DNA of 64,000 nt from Nitrosopumilaceae archaeon (GTDB lineage: Archaea; Thermoproteota; Nitrososphaeria; Nitrososphaerales; Nitrosopumilaceae). Of this stretch, positions 48,680 through 58,775 are shown piece by piece; the stretch's first letter is position 1, and each line of letters opens with the position of its first letter. Both the position numbers and the translations under genes were made by a program. Location: NCBI GenBank assembly GCA_965200155.1, contig CBDATR010000024.1, positions 416,001 to 480,000 of the forward strand, in the 5' to 3' direction. Below the pieces are notes generated by a model, which worked only from the letters and a program-made list of their open reading frames with translations, had not been told where the DNA came from and did not search any database.

Positions 48680-50235
48680 CCCTGCACGACTCCGCCATGC
48701 TGGAGATAGGAACTTTCCTTGCCAGAAGGTGGTCCGGGAACGACTCCATAAGCGTCAGCTTCTCAGACAAGGTGGGCGCCAGAACCCGGCTCTCGGAGGG
48801 CCGTATCATAATACCCACCATACGAAAGCGGCTGGGTGATGACTTTGCCAGATACAGACAGTTTCGCATGGACGTATGGTACGAGTCCATGCGCGTGCGC
48901 TTCTGTAACAAGATACTAAGCAATGATCACGCCTTTGGTTTCATCCTGAATACTTTGGAGACGCACAGAATAGAGCGGCTGGGCAGGAAAGTATGGCAGG
49001 GCATGGATGAGGAGATAATATTCGCCCACACATACAGGTTCCTGTCCAGGCCGTCACTACCATCAGTGTATGGCAGAGCCCGCATACTGGAGGCATTTTA
49101 CCAACATTTCACATTCGGCGCCTTCCGGGGCGAGGTGCAGCCCAGCCAGTTTGAGAGGATACTTCAGGCCTCAAAGATGTCCAAGAGGGCAGTGGAGAAA
49201 GCACTAACCAATGATTACGGCACCACATGGCTGGAGAAGAGTGTTGGAGATATTGTGAAACACCTGGACATAGACGCCCTGCAAACGGTCCCCGTATCCC
49301 TGCCCTTTGTGAGGGAGGATATGCCCGTATCGGAGAATGATGTGACCCGGTTCCTGCGGGTAGTATACAAGAAGAGGGAGGGCGACTTTGGCAGGATAGA
49401 TGCAGAAGCCCTGCTGCGGGGCGATGCCATATCCGGTGAGTATCACAGCATAGTGGAAGAAGAACACAAGGACCAAAAGCGGGAATCATCTCCGGCCATA
49501 GGAGATATCAAGGTGCCCACTCCCAGGGAAATAGACGAGTCTGTTATATATGACATGGACCTGATAAGCGGCCTCAAGACGCGATTCCGGGCATGGAGGA
49601 GAGGGTATAAGGAGACATATCACCACACAGGCGAGGAGTTTGATACGGAGAACTATATTGATGGATATGACCCATTCTACAGGGACCGGCGGCAGTCAAT
49701 AAAGACCAAGATAATCATTCTACTTGATCACTCCTCCAGCATATCTCCGGATGCACTAGGATACAAAAAGGCCACCTTGGGCCTCTGCGAGGTAATGTCG
49801 TATCTGGGCGTTCGCTTTGCCGTATACGCCTTTAATACTCAGGAGAGAGCGGTAGTGTGCTGGCTCATAAAACCCCACAGTAATCAGTGGGGCCGGACCC
49901 ATGCAAAACGACTGGCACAGGTGGTAGCCAATGGCTCTACCCCCCTGGCCCAGGTATACCAAAAGATGCTTCCCGCCCTGGAATCATGGAGGCCGGACAT
50001 ATTTCTGACGCTGACCGACGGTGAGCCCTCGGACTCTGCTTCCGTTCGGGAAACCCTAAGAACCGTCAGAAGACAGGGCGTCAAGGCAGTAGCCATGGGC
50101 CTGGGTCCGGGAACCTTCAGGGCAACCCAGATAGCTGCCAACCTAAAGCGCCTGGGTTATGACCGTACCCTGGCTATAAGCCGACTCTCGGACATACCAG
50201 GCAAGGTACTGGGCATACTGGACGGCGATGCATGA
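48676..50235 (+). CDS. vWA-domain partner of the MoxR ATPase (CbbO/NorD-like)
   Basis: C-terminal MIDAS 'LLDHSSSI', 'GSTPL', 'LTDGEP'; ATGA overlap with the ATPase. Confidence 0.87.
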   Translation: MTLHDSAMLEIGTFLARRWSGNDSISVSFSDKVGARTRLSEGRIIIPTIRKRLGDDFARYRQFRMDVWYESMRVRFCNKILSNDHAFGFILNTLETHRIERLGRKVWQGMDEEIIFAHTYRFLSRPSLPSVYGRARILEAFYQHFTFGAFRGEVQPSQFERILQASKMSKRAVEKALTNDYGTTWLEKSVGDIVKHLDIDALQTVPVSLPFVREDMPVSENDVTRFLRVVYKKREGDFGRIDAEALLRGDAISGEYHSIVEEEHKDQKRESSPAIGDIKVPTPREIDESVIYDMDLISGLKTRFRAWRRGYKETYHHTGEEFDTENYIDGYDPFYRDRRQSIKTKIIILLDHSSSISPDALGYKKATLGLCEVMSYLGVRFAVYAFNTQERAVVCWLIKPHSNQWGRTHAKRLAQVVANGSTPLAQVYQKMLPALESWRPDIFLTLTDGEPSDSASVRETLRTVRRQGVKAVAMGLGPGTFRATQIAANLKRLGYDRTLAISRLSDIPGKVLGILDGDA

Positions 50236-50366
50236 GGTAACCGTTTAGGTCAGCCCTAGACAATCATTCAAAATACACCGCGAACATCTGTGTCTTTTAT
50301 GCTACCCACGATTACATGCATGAGCCCTGCAACGTTATAATGGAGTGATCAAGAGTCATTTGAGCA

Positions 50367-53300
50367 ATGGCCATTCCGGTTAAGTTTGATGTCAAGGGCA
50401 TAGAGAAACAAGTAAGGGATAACCTGAATCTCAAAGAGACTAGACGTGTAATAGCGGAATCTGGCCGCCCCGCCATATCGTTCATAGAGGGACCGCCTAC
50501 GCTGAATGGCAACCCACATGCAGGGCATCTTCGGGGAAGGGTGATCAAGGATTTGTGGTACCGGTATAATACGCTGGCAGGAAAGAATGTGGCCTTTCAG
50601 GGTGGATGGGATACGCAGGGGCTGCCCGTGGAACTGCAAGCCGAGAAGGAGCTGGGAATCACAAAATCCCAGATAAAAGATGAAGCAGGGGTGGAGAACA
50701 TGGTAGCCACATGCAAGGATATAGTGAAGAGATACAACAGGCAGTGGGAGGAGGTTGATGCCCTCATGGGCATGTCCATGGATCATTCCAGGTCATACTG
50801 GACATACAGGGACAGTTACATAGAGAGGGAGTGGGACATACTCAGAAAAGCCCAAGAGTCAGGGATACTGGAGGATGACTATACTGTAATAGGATACTGC
50901 CCCGGGTGCCAAACCTCGCTTAGTCATGCGGAGGTGAACCAGGGGTACGAGATGGTCCGGGATCCCTCGCTGTACTACAAGGTACTATTGCAAGATGAGG
51001 ATATCTATCTGGTGGTCTGGACTACCATGCCATTCACGCTGGTCACCGACGCCATGGTAGGCCTGCATCCACATGAGGACTATGCAATAGTACAGGTAGG
51101 GAGTGAGAAATGGGTCATTGCCAAGCGGAGACTGGAGGAGTTCATGGAGGAGGTGAGGACACCAGAGTATCATGTACTAGACACGGTGAAGGGATCACAC
51201 TTTGAGGGCAAAAAGTATGTGCATCCATTACTGGAGGAGATACCGCACCTGGCTTCTCTGGCAGCATCAGACAATTACCATACGGCCGTGGCAGAATCCT
51301 TTGTCGATGTGAATACGGGCAGCGGGCTTGTTCACCTAGCCCCGGCCAACGGCGAGGAGGACATTGCCATAGCCAAGAGAAGAAATGTCAGAATATTCTG
51401 CCCCATGGACGAGCAGGTACGCTTTACTAAAGAGGCGGGCGCGTATAGTGGGATGTTCGTCCGGGACGCGGATGAAAGAATAGTGGAGAATCTCAGAGAG
51501 AGAGGCGCCCTGGTCAAGGTGGGACGGATAAAGCACAAGTACCCGCTATGCTGGAGATCCCGTCACCCCATAGTGTGGCTGGCCCGGAGGGGCTGGTTCT
51601 ACAAGCTGGATAGGATGGGGGACGCTGTAATTAATGCCGCGAGTGCAGTCCGGTACTTTTTTGACTCACCAAAGAACAGGTTCCTTGGAATAGTCAGCGA
51701 GAGGCACCCCTGGTGCATATCCCGGGAGAGATACTGGGGATGCCCCATACCCGTCTGGAGTTGTAATGACTGCCAGGCCAAGACATGGTGCTATAGTCGC
51801 GCCGAGATATGCAGGGCAGCCAAGAATCTCCCCGATGGGCCAAACTTTGAGCTACACAGACCCTGGATAGACAGAATCAGCGTGAAATGCTCAGAATGTG
51901 GCCGTTACAACACCAAAAGAGAGCAGTTCGTACTGGATACATGGCACAATAGCGGCGCCGCCCCCTTTGCATCCCAGAGTGACTTGGCATATAATGAAAC
52001 CATACCGGCTCCCTTCTTTACTGAGGGGATTGATCAGACCAGGGGATGGGCGTATACCTTACTGGTGGAGAATGTCATTCTGGATGGCAAATCCCCCTAC
52101 AACTCATTTCTGTTCCAAGGACACGTACTGGACGAGAAGGGCGGCAAGATGAGCAAGAGTCAGGGAAACGTAATAGATGCCAAACAGCTGTTAACAGAGC
52201 ACCCGGCGGATCTAGTACGGCTGTATTTCATGTGGAAGGCCAGTCCCGTAGAAGCTCTAAACTTTAACCCCCAGGAGATGATGTCAAGACCATACCAGAT
52301 ACTGAGTACATTATACAACCTGCACCTGTTCTACATGCAGAATGCAGAATACGACAAACATGACGTAACGCAGGATGTGAAATGGACCGCCGGACATGGG
52401 TTCTTGGAACCGCCGGACATTTGGCTTCTCTCCAAGCTGCAGAGGGTCACAGAAGTGGTTACAGAAAAGTGCGAGGCCTGCAAGTTCCATGAAGCGGCCA
52501 AGGCAATAGATGATTTTGTCATTAACGTACTCAGCCAGTCCTATGTGCAGAGTATCAGGAATGAATTGTGGGAGGAGTCCGAGAGTGATAGGCGCGACAC
52601 CATATATGCGGTATTAAGGCATGTACTCCTGTGCATAGATATAATGCTGCACCCCTTTTGTCCATTTACTACCCAGTACCTGTATCACAGTATATCCGGG
52701 GGCACGATACTGCTGCAAGCTTGGCCCAAGCCCGACACCTCCCTGATAGATTATGACATGGAAGAAGACTTTGACTCCATGAGGACTATACTATCGGTAG
52801 CCTCGGCCGCAAGAGCCAAGGCTAGACTCAAGAGGCGCTGGCCCCTGGAGCGGGCCATAGTTGTGGTACCGCCGGGCAAAGAATCGGTGGCAAGGTTGCG
52901 GGAACGGCTACAAAATCAGATGAACGTGGAGGCCATAGATGACATTAAAGTATGTACGGACAAGGGGGACTTGGAGACATTAAATGATTTAATGAAACTG
53001 AACATGCCTATCACCCCCAAGATAGAGATGAACATGAATCGCATAGGGCCCCGCATAAAGAGTGGTATGGGAGCCCTTCGAAAGGCATTTGCGCAGACCA
53101 TTCCACAAGACATACTGGACTCGCTTGCAGAGGGCGGACACGGGTTCGATACAGGTAGTGATGGCACGATGCTGTACCGGGAGGACTTTGTCTTCGGGTA
53201 TGAACCCCAGGAGGGGTTCCAGGTGGCATCCCGGGACGGATACATTGTATTTGTATCCACCACGCAAAGCGAGACAACCAGGGCACGATGGCTGCTCCGG

Positions 53301-53534
53301 GATGTGGTTAGACGGATACAGAGTCTTAGAAAGGAGAGGGGTCATAACCCCACACAGATACTTGATGTGGCGCATGTAATAGGCCTGGATGCCTGCGCCC
53401 AGCAGATAGCTGCCTCGGGCCAGTATGACCTGGCATCCGCGGTTCGGGTCAAAAGTCTGGTCTTTGAGGAGGCAGACAGGGAGTACCAAGATACGGATAT
53501 CGATGGCACCGCCATAAGGATAGACATTGAGTGA
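50367..53534 (+). CDS. ileS: Isoleucyl-tRNA synthetase
   Basis: 'EGPPTLNGNPHAGH', 'GWDTQGLPVE', 'WTTMPFTL', 'WCISRERYWG', 'EGIDQTRGW', 'KMSKS'. Confidence 0.96.
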   Translation: MAIPVKFDVKGIEKQVRDNLNLKETRRVIAESGRPAISFIEGPPTLNGNPHAGHLRGRVIKDLWYRYNTLAGKNVAFQGGWDTQGLPVELQAEKELGITKSQIKDEAGVENMVATCKDIVKRYNRQWEEVDALMGMSMDHSRSYWTYRDSYIEREWDILRKAQESGILEDDYTVIGYCPGCQTSLSHAEVNQGYEMVRDPSLYYKVLLQDEDIYLVVWTTMPFTLVTDAMVGLHPHEDYAIVQVGSEKWVIAKRRLEEFMEEVRTPEYHVLDTVKGSHFEGKKYVHPLLEEIPHLASLAASDNYHTAVAESFVDVNTGSGLVHLAPANGEEDIAIAKRRNVRIFCPMDEQVRFTKEAGAYSGMFVRDADERIVENLRERGALVKVGRIKHKYPLCWRSRHPIVWLARRGWFYKLDRMGDAVINAASAVRYFFDSPKNRFLGIVSERHPWCISRERYWGCPIPVWSCNDCQAKTWCYSRAEICRAAKNLPDGPNFELHRPWIDRISVKCSECGRYNTKREQFVLDTWHNSGAAPFASQSDLAYNETIPAPFFTEGIDQTRGWAYTLLVENVILDGKSPYNSFLFQGHVLDEKGGKMSKSQGNVIDAKQLLTEHPADLVRLYFMWKASPVEALNFNPQEMMSRPYQILSTLYNLHLFYMQNAEYDKHDVTQDVKWTAGHGFLEPPDIWLLSKLQRVTEVVTEKCEACKFHEAAKAIDDFVINVLSQSYVQSIRNELWEESESDRRDTIYAVLRHVLLCIDIMLHPFCPFTTQYLYHSISGGTILLQAWPKPDTSLIDYDMEEDFDSMRTILSVASAARAKARLKRRWPLERAIVVVPPGKESVARLRERLQNQMNVEAIDDIKVCTDKGDLETLNDLMKLNMPITPKIEMNMNRIGPRIKSGMGALRKAFAQTIPQDILDSLAEGGHGFDTGSDGTMLYREDFVFGYEPQEGFQVASRDGYIVFVSTTQSETTRARWLLRDVVRRIQSLRKERGHNPTQILDVAHVIGLDACAQQIAASGQYDLASAVRVKSLVFEEADREYQDTDIDGTAIRIDIE

Positions 53535-53985
53535 TGACATGAAATGCCTCTCGGTATGCCAACCCTTTGCTGACTTGATAGTGTCCGGGCGCAAGACCAT
53601 AGAGCTCAGAGGATGGAGTACGCGATACCGGGGTCACGTACTTGTGCATGCGCCCATAATGGTACGATGGGACGACTGCGCCAGGCTGGGTATCACAGAC
53701 CCCGTAACAGGTGCAATACTGGGCCGGGTTACCCTGGCAGATGTAAAGAGATATGAAAGCGCCGATGAAGTACGGCAGGACGCATTGCTGCACCTGGCGG
53801 GCAGGGACTTTGAGACCAAACGATACGGCTTTGTACTACAGGACCCCATACCTTTCCGGTTCCCCATAGCCCAGAAGGGGAGGCTGGGATTATTTGAGGT
53901 AGAACCCCACGATATGGATTCGGATTCGCTGGTGCGGGATATAATGGAGGACAATCACCGGTACCGGCTGGTGGGCCATCACTGA
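53527..53985 (+). CDS. ASCH (PUA-like) domain protein
   Basis: 'CLSVCQPFADLIVSGRKTIELRGW.T.YRG.VLVHA'. Confidence 0.88.
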   Translation: MSDDMKCLSVCQPFADLIVSGRKTIELRGWSTRYRGHVLVHAPIMVRWDDCARLGITDPVTGAILGRVTLADVKRYESADEVRQDALLHLAGRDFETKRYGFVLQDPIPFRFPIAQKGRLGLFEVEPHDMDSDSLVRDIMEDNHRYRLVGHH

Positions 53986-54074
53986 GATATGTCAGAGCAT
54001 TACTGTAATCACTACTAATTAGTATGGGTAATGTTCCATGCCGGTATATATATGGTATTAATAAAGTGCACATA

Positions 54075-54638
54075 TTGGCGCACACCAAACCAATAGTAAG
54101 TATAGAGAATGTAGTAGCATCAGCCACAGTAGATCAGATAATAAACCTGCCAGACATAAGCAAGAATTTTCCACAGACGGAGTATAATCCGGAACAGTTT
54201 CCGGGACTTGTATTTCGGCTACAGAACCCCCGTACCGCGACCCTCATATTCCGCACGGGCAAGATGGTATGTACAGGCGCAAAGTCCGAAGAGATGTCCA
54301 TCAAGGCGGTACGTACTGTAGTGCAGCGGCTCCGCAAGGGCGGGGTGCCCATAAAAAAGGACGCGGTGGTCACCATACAGAATATGGTAGCTGCCATAAA
54401 TCTAGGCGGCAAGATACACCTAGAGAGATCCGCCATGATGCTCCCCCGTTCCATGTATGAGCCGGAGCAGTTTCCGGGACTCATACACAGGATGCTGGAC
54501 CCAAAGACGGTCATACTCCTGTTCGCGTCCGGCAAGCTTGTATGTACAGGCGCCAAAAAAGAGAGTGACGTGTATAGATCGGTTCACAACCTGCACGCCA
54601 TTCTAGAAGAAAAGGGACTCATGCTTTATGACGAGTAA
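54075..54638 (+). CDS. tbp: TATA-box binding protein
   Basis: Two repeats 'Y.PEQFPGL.....P....L.F..GK.VCTGAK'; probable TTG start at 54075. Confidence 0.95.
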   Translation: MAHTKPIVSIENVVASATVDQIINLPDISKNFPQTEYNPEQFPGLVFRLQNPRTATLIFRTGKMVCTGAKSEEMSIKAVRTVVQRLRKGGVPIKKDAVVTIQNMVAAINLGGKIHLERSAMMLPRSMYEPEQFPGLIHRMLDPKTVILLFASGKLVCTGAKKESDVYRSVHNLHAILEEKGLMLYDE

Positions 54639-54655
54639 TTTGTGACGGAATTTCA

Positions 54656-55264
54656 CTAATCGAACTGAAACTCATATTTAAAGACAGAATCGCCGTGTAC
54701 GGATTCTATCATGTATGTGCCGGGAATCCATTCGGAGCCACCGGCTAGCGCAAGTGTGTGGTATGATCCTTCCCCGTCCACTATAACCTGGGTATCGGAC
54801 CACACAACATTCTCATAGTCGTCAAGTATTCGTATGGTTAGTGTGTCACCAAGAGCAGGATTTGTAGTTCCCTCAATTTCTATAAAGTCGCCTGATGAAT
54901 ACGTGTCAGAGGCGGCCCATATGCCATAGTTTGGCGACGGCGGGGCAGGAATTAACGCCAGTGCCGCAACGGCAACAACGGCTGCCACCCCGGCGACGGC
55001 AATCAGTATAAGCTTGGTATTGTTATTGGTGCTACTCTGCTTGGGGGCAGTCTCCTCCTTTGCGGGAGAGGGCGGGGTTGTCTCCGGTGGTGCGGGAGTT
55101 ATCTCGGCCTCGTGTTTGTCGACCAAAGATTGTACATAGTTTCGCTCATTATTGCTGACTATTTCACCGTGCAGGACGGCCCTGTGTATCTGCTCCAGCA
55201 CACGGGTATCACCCAAACCCTGTTTCAGTAACATTCTGGTCTGCTCTTCGAGCTTGTCGTCCAT
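54656..55264 (-). CDS. Hypothetical single-pass membrane protein
   Basis: Central TM 'LILIAVAGVAAVVAVAALALI', Pro-rich linker, C-terminal Ig-like beta region. Confidence 0.75.
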   Translation of the reverse strand: MDDKLEEQTRMLLKQGLGDTRVLEQIHRAVLHGEIVSNNERNYVQSLVDKHEAEITPAPPETTPPSPAKEETAPKQSSTNNNTKLILIAVAGVAAVVAVAALALIPAPPSPNYGIWAASDTYSSGDFIEIEGTTNPALGDTLTIRILDDYENVVWSDTQVIVDGEGSYHTLALAGGSEWIPGTYMIESVHGDSVFKYEFQFD

Positions 55265-55470
55265 TATGATGAAACAGGTGCAGGATTATTTATGTTGGAT
55301 GTAGATCAGATTCCGGACAACGAATAATATTACTGTGGCTTCATTATGATTATCATGTATGACATGATTGTCGTGGGGGCAGTAATAGCAGGTGTGGTAT
55401 CGTATCTTTTGATGAAACGGTACCAAGATCAGTAGGCGCCGCCACACGGAATATTGGCAAAATAAAAAAT

Positions 55471-55812
55471 TTAGAGGGCTGCTGAACCTCGCTTCTTGCT
55501 GGCTATATTGACAACCTCGTCTACAGTGGAAACAACAATGATGCCGTCGCCGGAATTTCCAGTATAGGTTGCGTCAGACAGGATGTTGATGGTCGAGTCT
55601 AGTTTAGTATCATCCACGATGGTAACAATTGTTGCTACTTGGTTATACTCTGCGGTCATGGTACCGGTTCCCCGACCCATACGTAGTGTTGGCCTTGCTC
55701 CGGAGCCACGCCCTTTGGACTCTGAGACGACAAACCCACCTACCTTGCCTTCGAGTGCATCTACTACCGTCTTTAGTTTGTTCGCTTGAACGATCGCTTC
55801 AACCCGCTTCAT
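55471..55812 (-). CDS. glnB: Nitrogen regulatory protein P-II
   Basis: 'MKRVEAIV', 'KGRGSG' T-loop base, 'TGNSGDGIIVVSTVDEVVNI'. Confidence 0.9.
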   Translation of the reverse strand: MKRVEAIVQANKLKTVVDALEGKVGGFVVSESKGRGSGARPTLRMGRGTGTMTAEYNQVATIVTIVDDTKLDSTINILSDATYTGNSGDGIIVVSTVDEVVNIASKKRGSAAL

Positions 55813-55991
55813 GTATTAGCACTATATTAGTCCTTTAAAAAGTTGGTGGGTAACCGTTGCGCGTCAATAGTACGAAAAGTAAGTCCACTTAGGATCCGGC
55901 GTACAGTAGTTCAGATTGCACAAGCCACGAAAGGCTATGGTAAAGAGAATAACAGAGGAATCAAGACAAGAGGCGTTGCCGCCACCAAAAT

Positions 55992-56083
55992 GTATGAGTT
56001 CACGTCTTCCGGAATCTTATGCACAAATCACATTAACTGTAGCGATCAGTTGTGCGTAAATTTAGACACAGGTGAACTCATAC
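55992..56083. mobile_element. MITE (92 bp)
   Basis: TIRs; TSD ACCAAAAT. Confidence 0.93.
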
Positions 56084-56391
56084 ACCAAAATAGCTCAAGA
56101 CCTGAAACAAGACACGTGCGAAGATTGTGAACCAGAGAACGGGAACGACTCGAGTAAAGATGGGCAGGCCTATGATACCAATCACCGCCACCCAGATACG
56201 AATGGTAACTGAAGCATATCACAAGGATCCCGCCGGAGTAAGTACGTATTGCAAAGAGGCTTAGACAGAATTACAATATATCATATCGCGCAGTATATCG
56301 CAATAATGAAAAAGAACGGTACGGCAGGATCATCACCTGCAAAGTCAGAGTGGGTACGCTATGAGCGTAAATATTCCAATGCAATATGGCA

Positions 56392-56483
56392 GTATGAGTT
56401 CACGTCTTCCGGAATCTTATGCACAAATCACATTAACTGTAGCGATCAGTTGTGCGTAAATTTAGACACAGGTGAACTCACAC
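56392..56483. mobile_element. MITE (92 bp)
   Basis: TIRs; decayed TSD ATATGGCA/ATGTCGCA, each one change from the empty site ATGTGGCA in copy A. Confidence 0.9.
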
Positions 56484-56752
56484 ATGTCGCACGTAGACTG
56501 GCATGTCATGAAAGATGAGCGCTTCAAGGGACTGAATCTCATAGATGATGCAACCGGGTGTATAGTCGGGGCGGCACTTTGAGCATGCAACCTCAGAGAA
56601 CGCCGCTCTATTACTGAGACTGGCAATGAAACGATTCGGCGCCCCTGCATCCATACTATCTGATAACGGCGCGTGTTTCGTAGGACAATAAAGGGGCAAG
56701 AAAAGCTGGAAACCCACACTATTCTAGGAAGAACTGCTGGATCAAGACATCA

Positions 56753-56844
56753 GTATGAGTTCACCTGTGTCTAAATTTACGCATAACTGATCGCAACAGT
56801 TAATGTGATTTGTGCACAAGATTCCGGAAGACGTGAACTCATAC
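56753..56844. mobile_element. MITE (92 bp)
   Basis: TIRs; TSD AGACATCA. Confidence 0.93.
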
Positions 56845-56903
56845 AGACATCATACTAATCAATTCCAGACCATACCACCCGCAGACAAATGGCAAACTGG
56901 AGC

Positions 56904-57154
56904 GCTTCCATAGAACGATTGAGGACGAGATATGGCATTCAATCTCCCACTGGGACCATGACCCCCGTCCTGCAGGCTTCACAGAACGATTGAGGACGAG
57001 ATATGGCATTCAATCTCCCACTGGGACCATGACCCCCGTCCTGCAGGCTTCCACAGAACGATTGAGGACGAGATATGGCATTCAATCTCCCACTGGGACC
57101 ATGACCCCCGTCCTGCAGGCTTCCACAGAACGATTGAGGACGAGATATGGCATT
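56904..57154. repeat. CRISPR-like array: four 36-bp IS-derived repeats alternating with three identical 36-bp foreign units
   Basis: GCTTCCAYAGAACGATTGAGGACGAGATATGGCATT at 56904, 56976 (35 bp), 57047 and 57119; CAATCTCCCACTGGGACCATGACCCCCGTCCTGCAG at 56940, 57011 and 57083. Confidence 0.9.
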
Positions 57155-57461
57155 ATGACAGTCTCCGGGATTATGTGGACTACCACAATGAGAGAAGATT
57201 GCACTTCTCACCGGATATAGATAACGGCGAAACGCCGCTTCAGGAATAAAAAGGCGACCCAGACAACTAGGGCAAATGATGCAAAATGGATGGAGCGGGA
57301 TACCAATGACTAGCGGACCGACTTTTCATACATTACAGGTAACCGTTGCGCGACTTTGACAGTACACAAGTCCCCGCCGTGAAATAATTCCCCCAGGCTT
57401 GTGTAAGGAATATTACCACTTTTATATCTGCACTGACAAATATTGGTATGGAGTGTAAAGA

Positions 57462-57701
57462 ATGGCGACAGCATACGTGCTTATAAACTGTGAATTGGGT
57501 TCTGAGGAATCTGTTATATCGGAACTCAAAGACATGGAAGATGTAGTAGAAGTACATGGTACTTTTGGGGCTTACGACGTACTTGCCAAGGTAGAAGCAG
57601 AGCAAGTGGAGAAATTACGTGAGACCATAACCTGGAAGGTAAGAAAGATACCCAAGATACGATCCACTCTGACCCTGATGGGCATAGAAGGGCAAGAATA
57701 G
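57462..57701 (+). CDS. Stand-alone Lrp/AsnC ligand-binding (RAM) domain protein
   Basis: 'AYVLINCELGSE..VI..L...EVHGTFGAYDVLAKVE...IRSTLTL'. Confidence 0.9.
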   Translation: MATAYVLINCELGSEESVISELKDMEDVVEVHGTFGAYDVLAKVEAEQVEKLRETITWKVRKIPKIRSTLTLMGIEGQE

Positions 57702-57810
57702 GCTCAGGTTTATGCACATATTACCTTACTTTTTTGTATAACCTCGAAATTATGCAGGCAGTGCCGAGCGCGTAATTAGGAAAAATGGATCGCGTCTAAT
57801 GTAAGATAAA

Positions 57811-58770
57811 TCACGAATAGTGAGACCTAACCGCGGACCTCAGATCATGCACATTCTTAGATAGGGTTATTTTTTCTCTTAGTCGGGGCGCCCCCCGAAC
57901 CCCTCTTGTGAACCGCATGGCCTGCGCCTTTAGTGTGGAAAATTTTATGCGGTAGTTCTGTGAGGCCTCTACGTATTCAAAGAAGGCATTCATGCGATCT
58001 TGTGTCGTGTAGGGGTGGTATGATCCGCTACTCAAGTAGTCGTTAATCTGCTGAAACAGGAAAGGATTCCCCATGGCGCCCCGGCCCACCATGACATAAT
58101 CGCACCCGGTCTCCCGAATCATGCGCGCCGCATCCTCCGGAGTCGCTACATCACCATTGCCCACTACAGGTATCCTGACTGCCCTCTTTAGCTCCCCTAT
58201 AAGAGACCAGTCGGGGGTGCCGGAGTATCCCTGAGAAGCTGTACGGGGGTGCAGTGTTATCATGGAGATACCCGCATCCTGGGCTATTGCGGCTATATTC
58301 AAAAATCGGTGCCTGTCGTCTTGCGTGACGCCTGCCCGCATCTTTACTGTTACCGGTCTCTCCACTGACTCTACCAGTACGCGGAATAACTGTCTGGTCA
58401 GTCGCTCCTCCTGGAGTAGTGCGGATCCGGCCATCTGCTTTGTTATATGAGGCGCAGGGCACCCCATGTTATAGTCTATAATATCAAAGTACGGCTCCAC
58501 TATGCGCGCCGCCCGCCTCAGAACATCCGCATCAGAGCCAAAGAGCTGTACTGCCAGCGGTCTCTCCTCATCAGAGTATTCAAGAAACTCCTGTATTGTG
58601 GCGTGTCTTGCCTTGAGACGGCTGGCCTGAGCTACAATACTGTGTATGCTGGTAAATTCGGTAACCACCAAGGAGGCTCCCCACCGCCTAGCCATTAATC
58701 GCAGGGCAGGATCCGATACGCCCGCCATAGGTGCAAGAAACGCCCTGCCCGAGAACTTGGGCAGGCTCAT
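57811..58770 (-). CDS. dus: tRNA-dihydrouridine synthase
   Basis: 'LAPMAGVSD', 'VQLFGSD', 'NMGCP', 'PVTVKMR', 'PVVGNGDV', 'VMVGRGAMGNP'. Confidence 0.93.
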   Translation of the reverse strand: MSLPKFSGRAFLAPMAGVSDPALRLMARRWGASLVVTEFTSIHSIVAQASRLKARHATIQEFLEYSDEERPLAVQLFGSDADVLRRAARIVEPYFDIIDYNMGCPAPHITKQMAGSALLQEERLTRQLFRVLVESVERPVTVKMRAGVTQDDRHRFLNIAAIAQDAGISMITLHPRTASQGYSGTPDWSLIGELKRAVRIPVVGNGDVATPEDAARMIRETGCDYVMVGRGAMGNPFLFQQINDYLSSGSYHPYTTQDRMNAFFEYVEASQNYRIKFSTLKAQAMRFTRGVRGAPRLREKITLSKNVHDLRSAVRSHYS

Positions 58771-58775
58771 CCGGT

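Larger units (their letters stand above)
55864..57337 (+). mobile_element. IS481-like insertion sequence, degenerate copy B
   Basis: Same ends as copy A; perfect 15-bp TSD GGTAACCGTTGCGCG (55849-55863, 57338-57352); contains three MITEs and a 72-bp-period array. Confidence 0.9.

Noticed and set aside
55346-55435. 29-codon hydrophobic ORF (MIIMYDMIVVGAVIAGVVSYLLMKRYQDQ)
   Set aside because: Could be a micro-protein or anchor remnant, but too short to support.
6357-56518. Short ORFs sharing 'C(R/S)DQLCVNLDTGEL' or 'YEFTSSGILCTNH' as a new protein family
   Set aside because: They are read-through translations of the MITE.
56904-57154. Calling this a canonical CRISPR array
   Set aside because: Intervening units are identical, one component is native transposase sequence, and no leader or cas genes are visible. 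Kept as a repeat and a finding.
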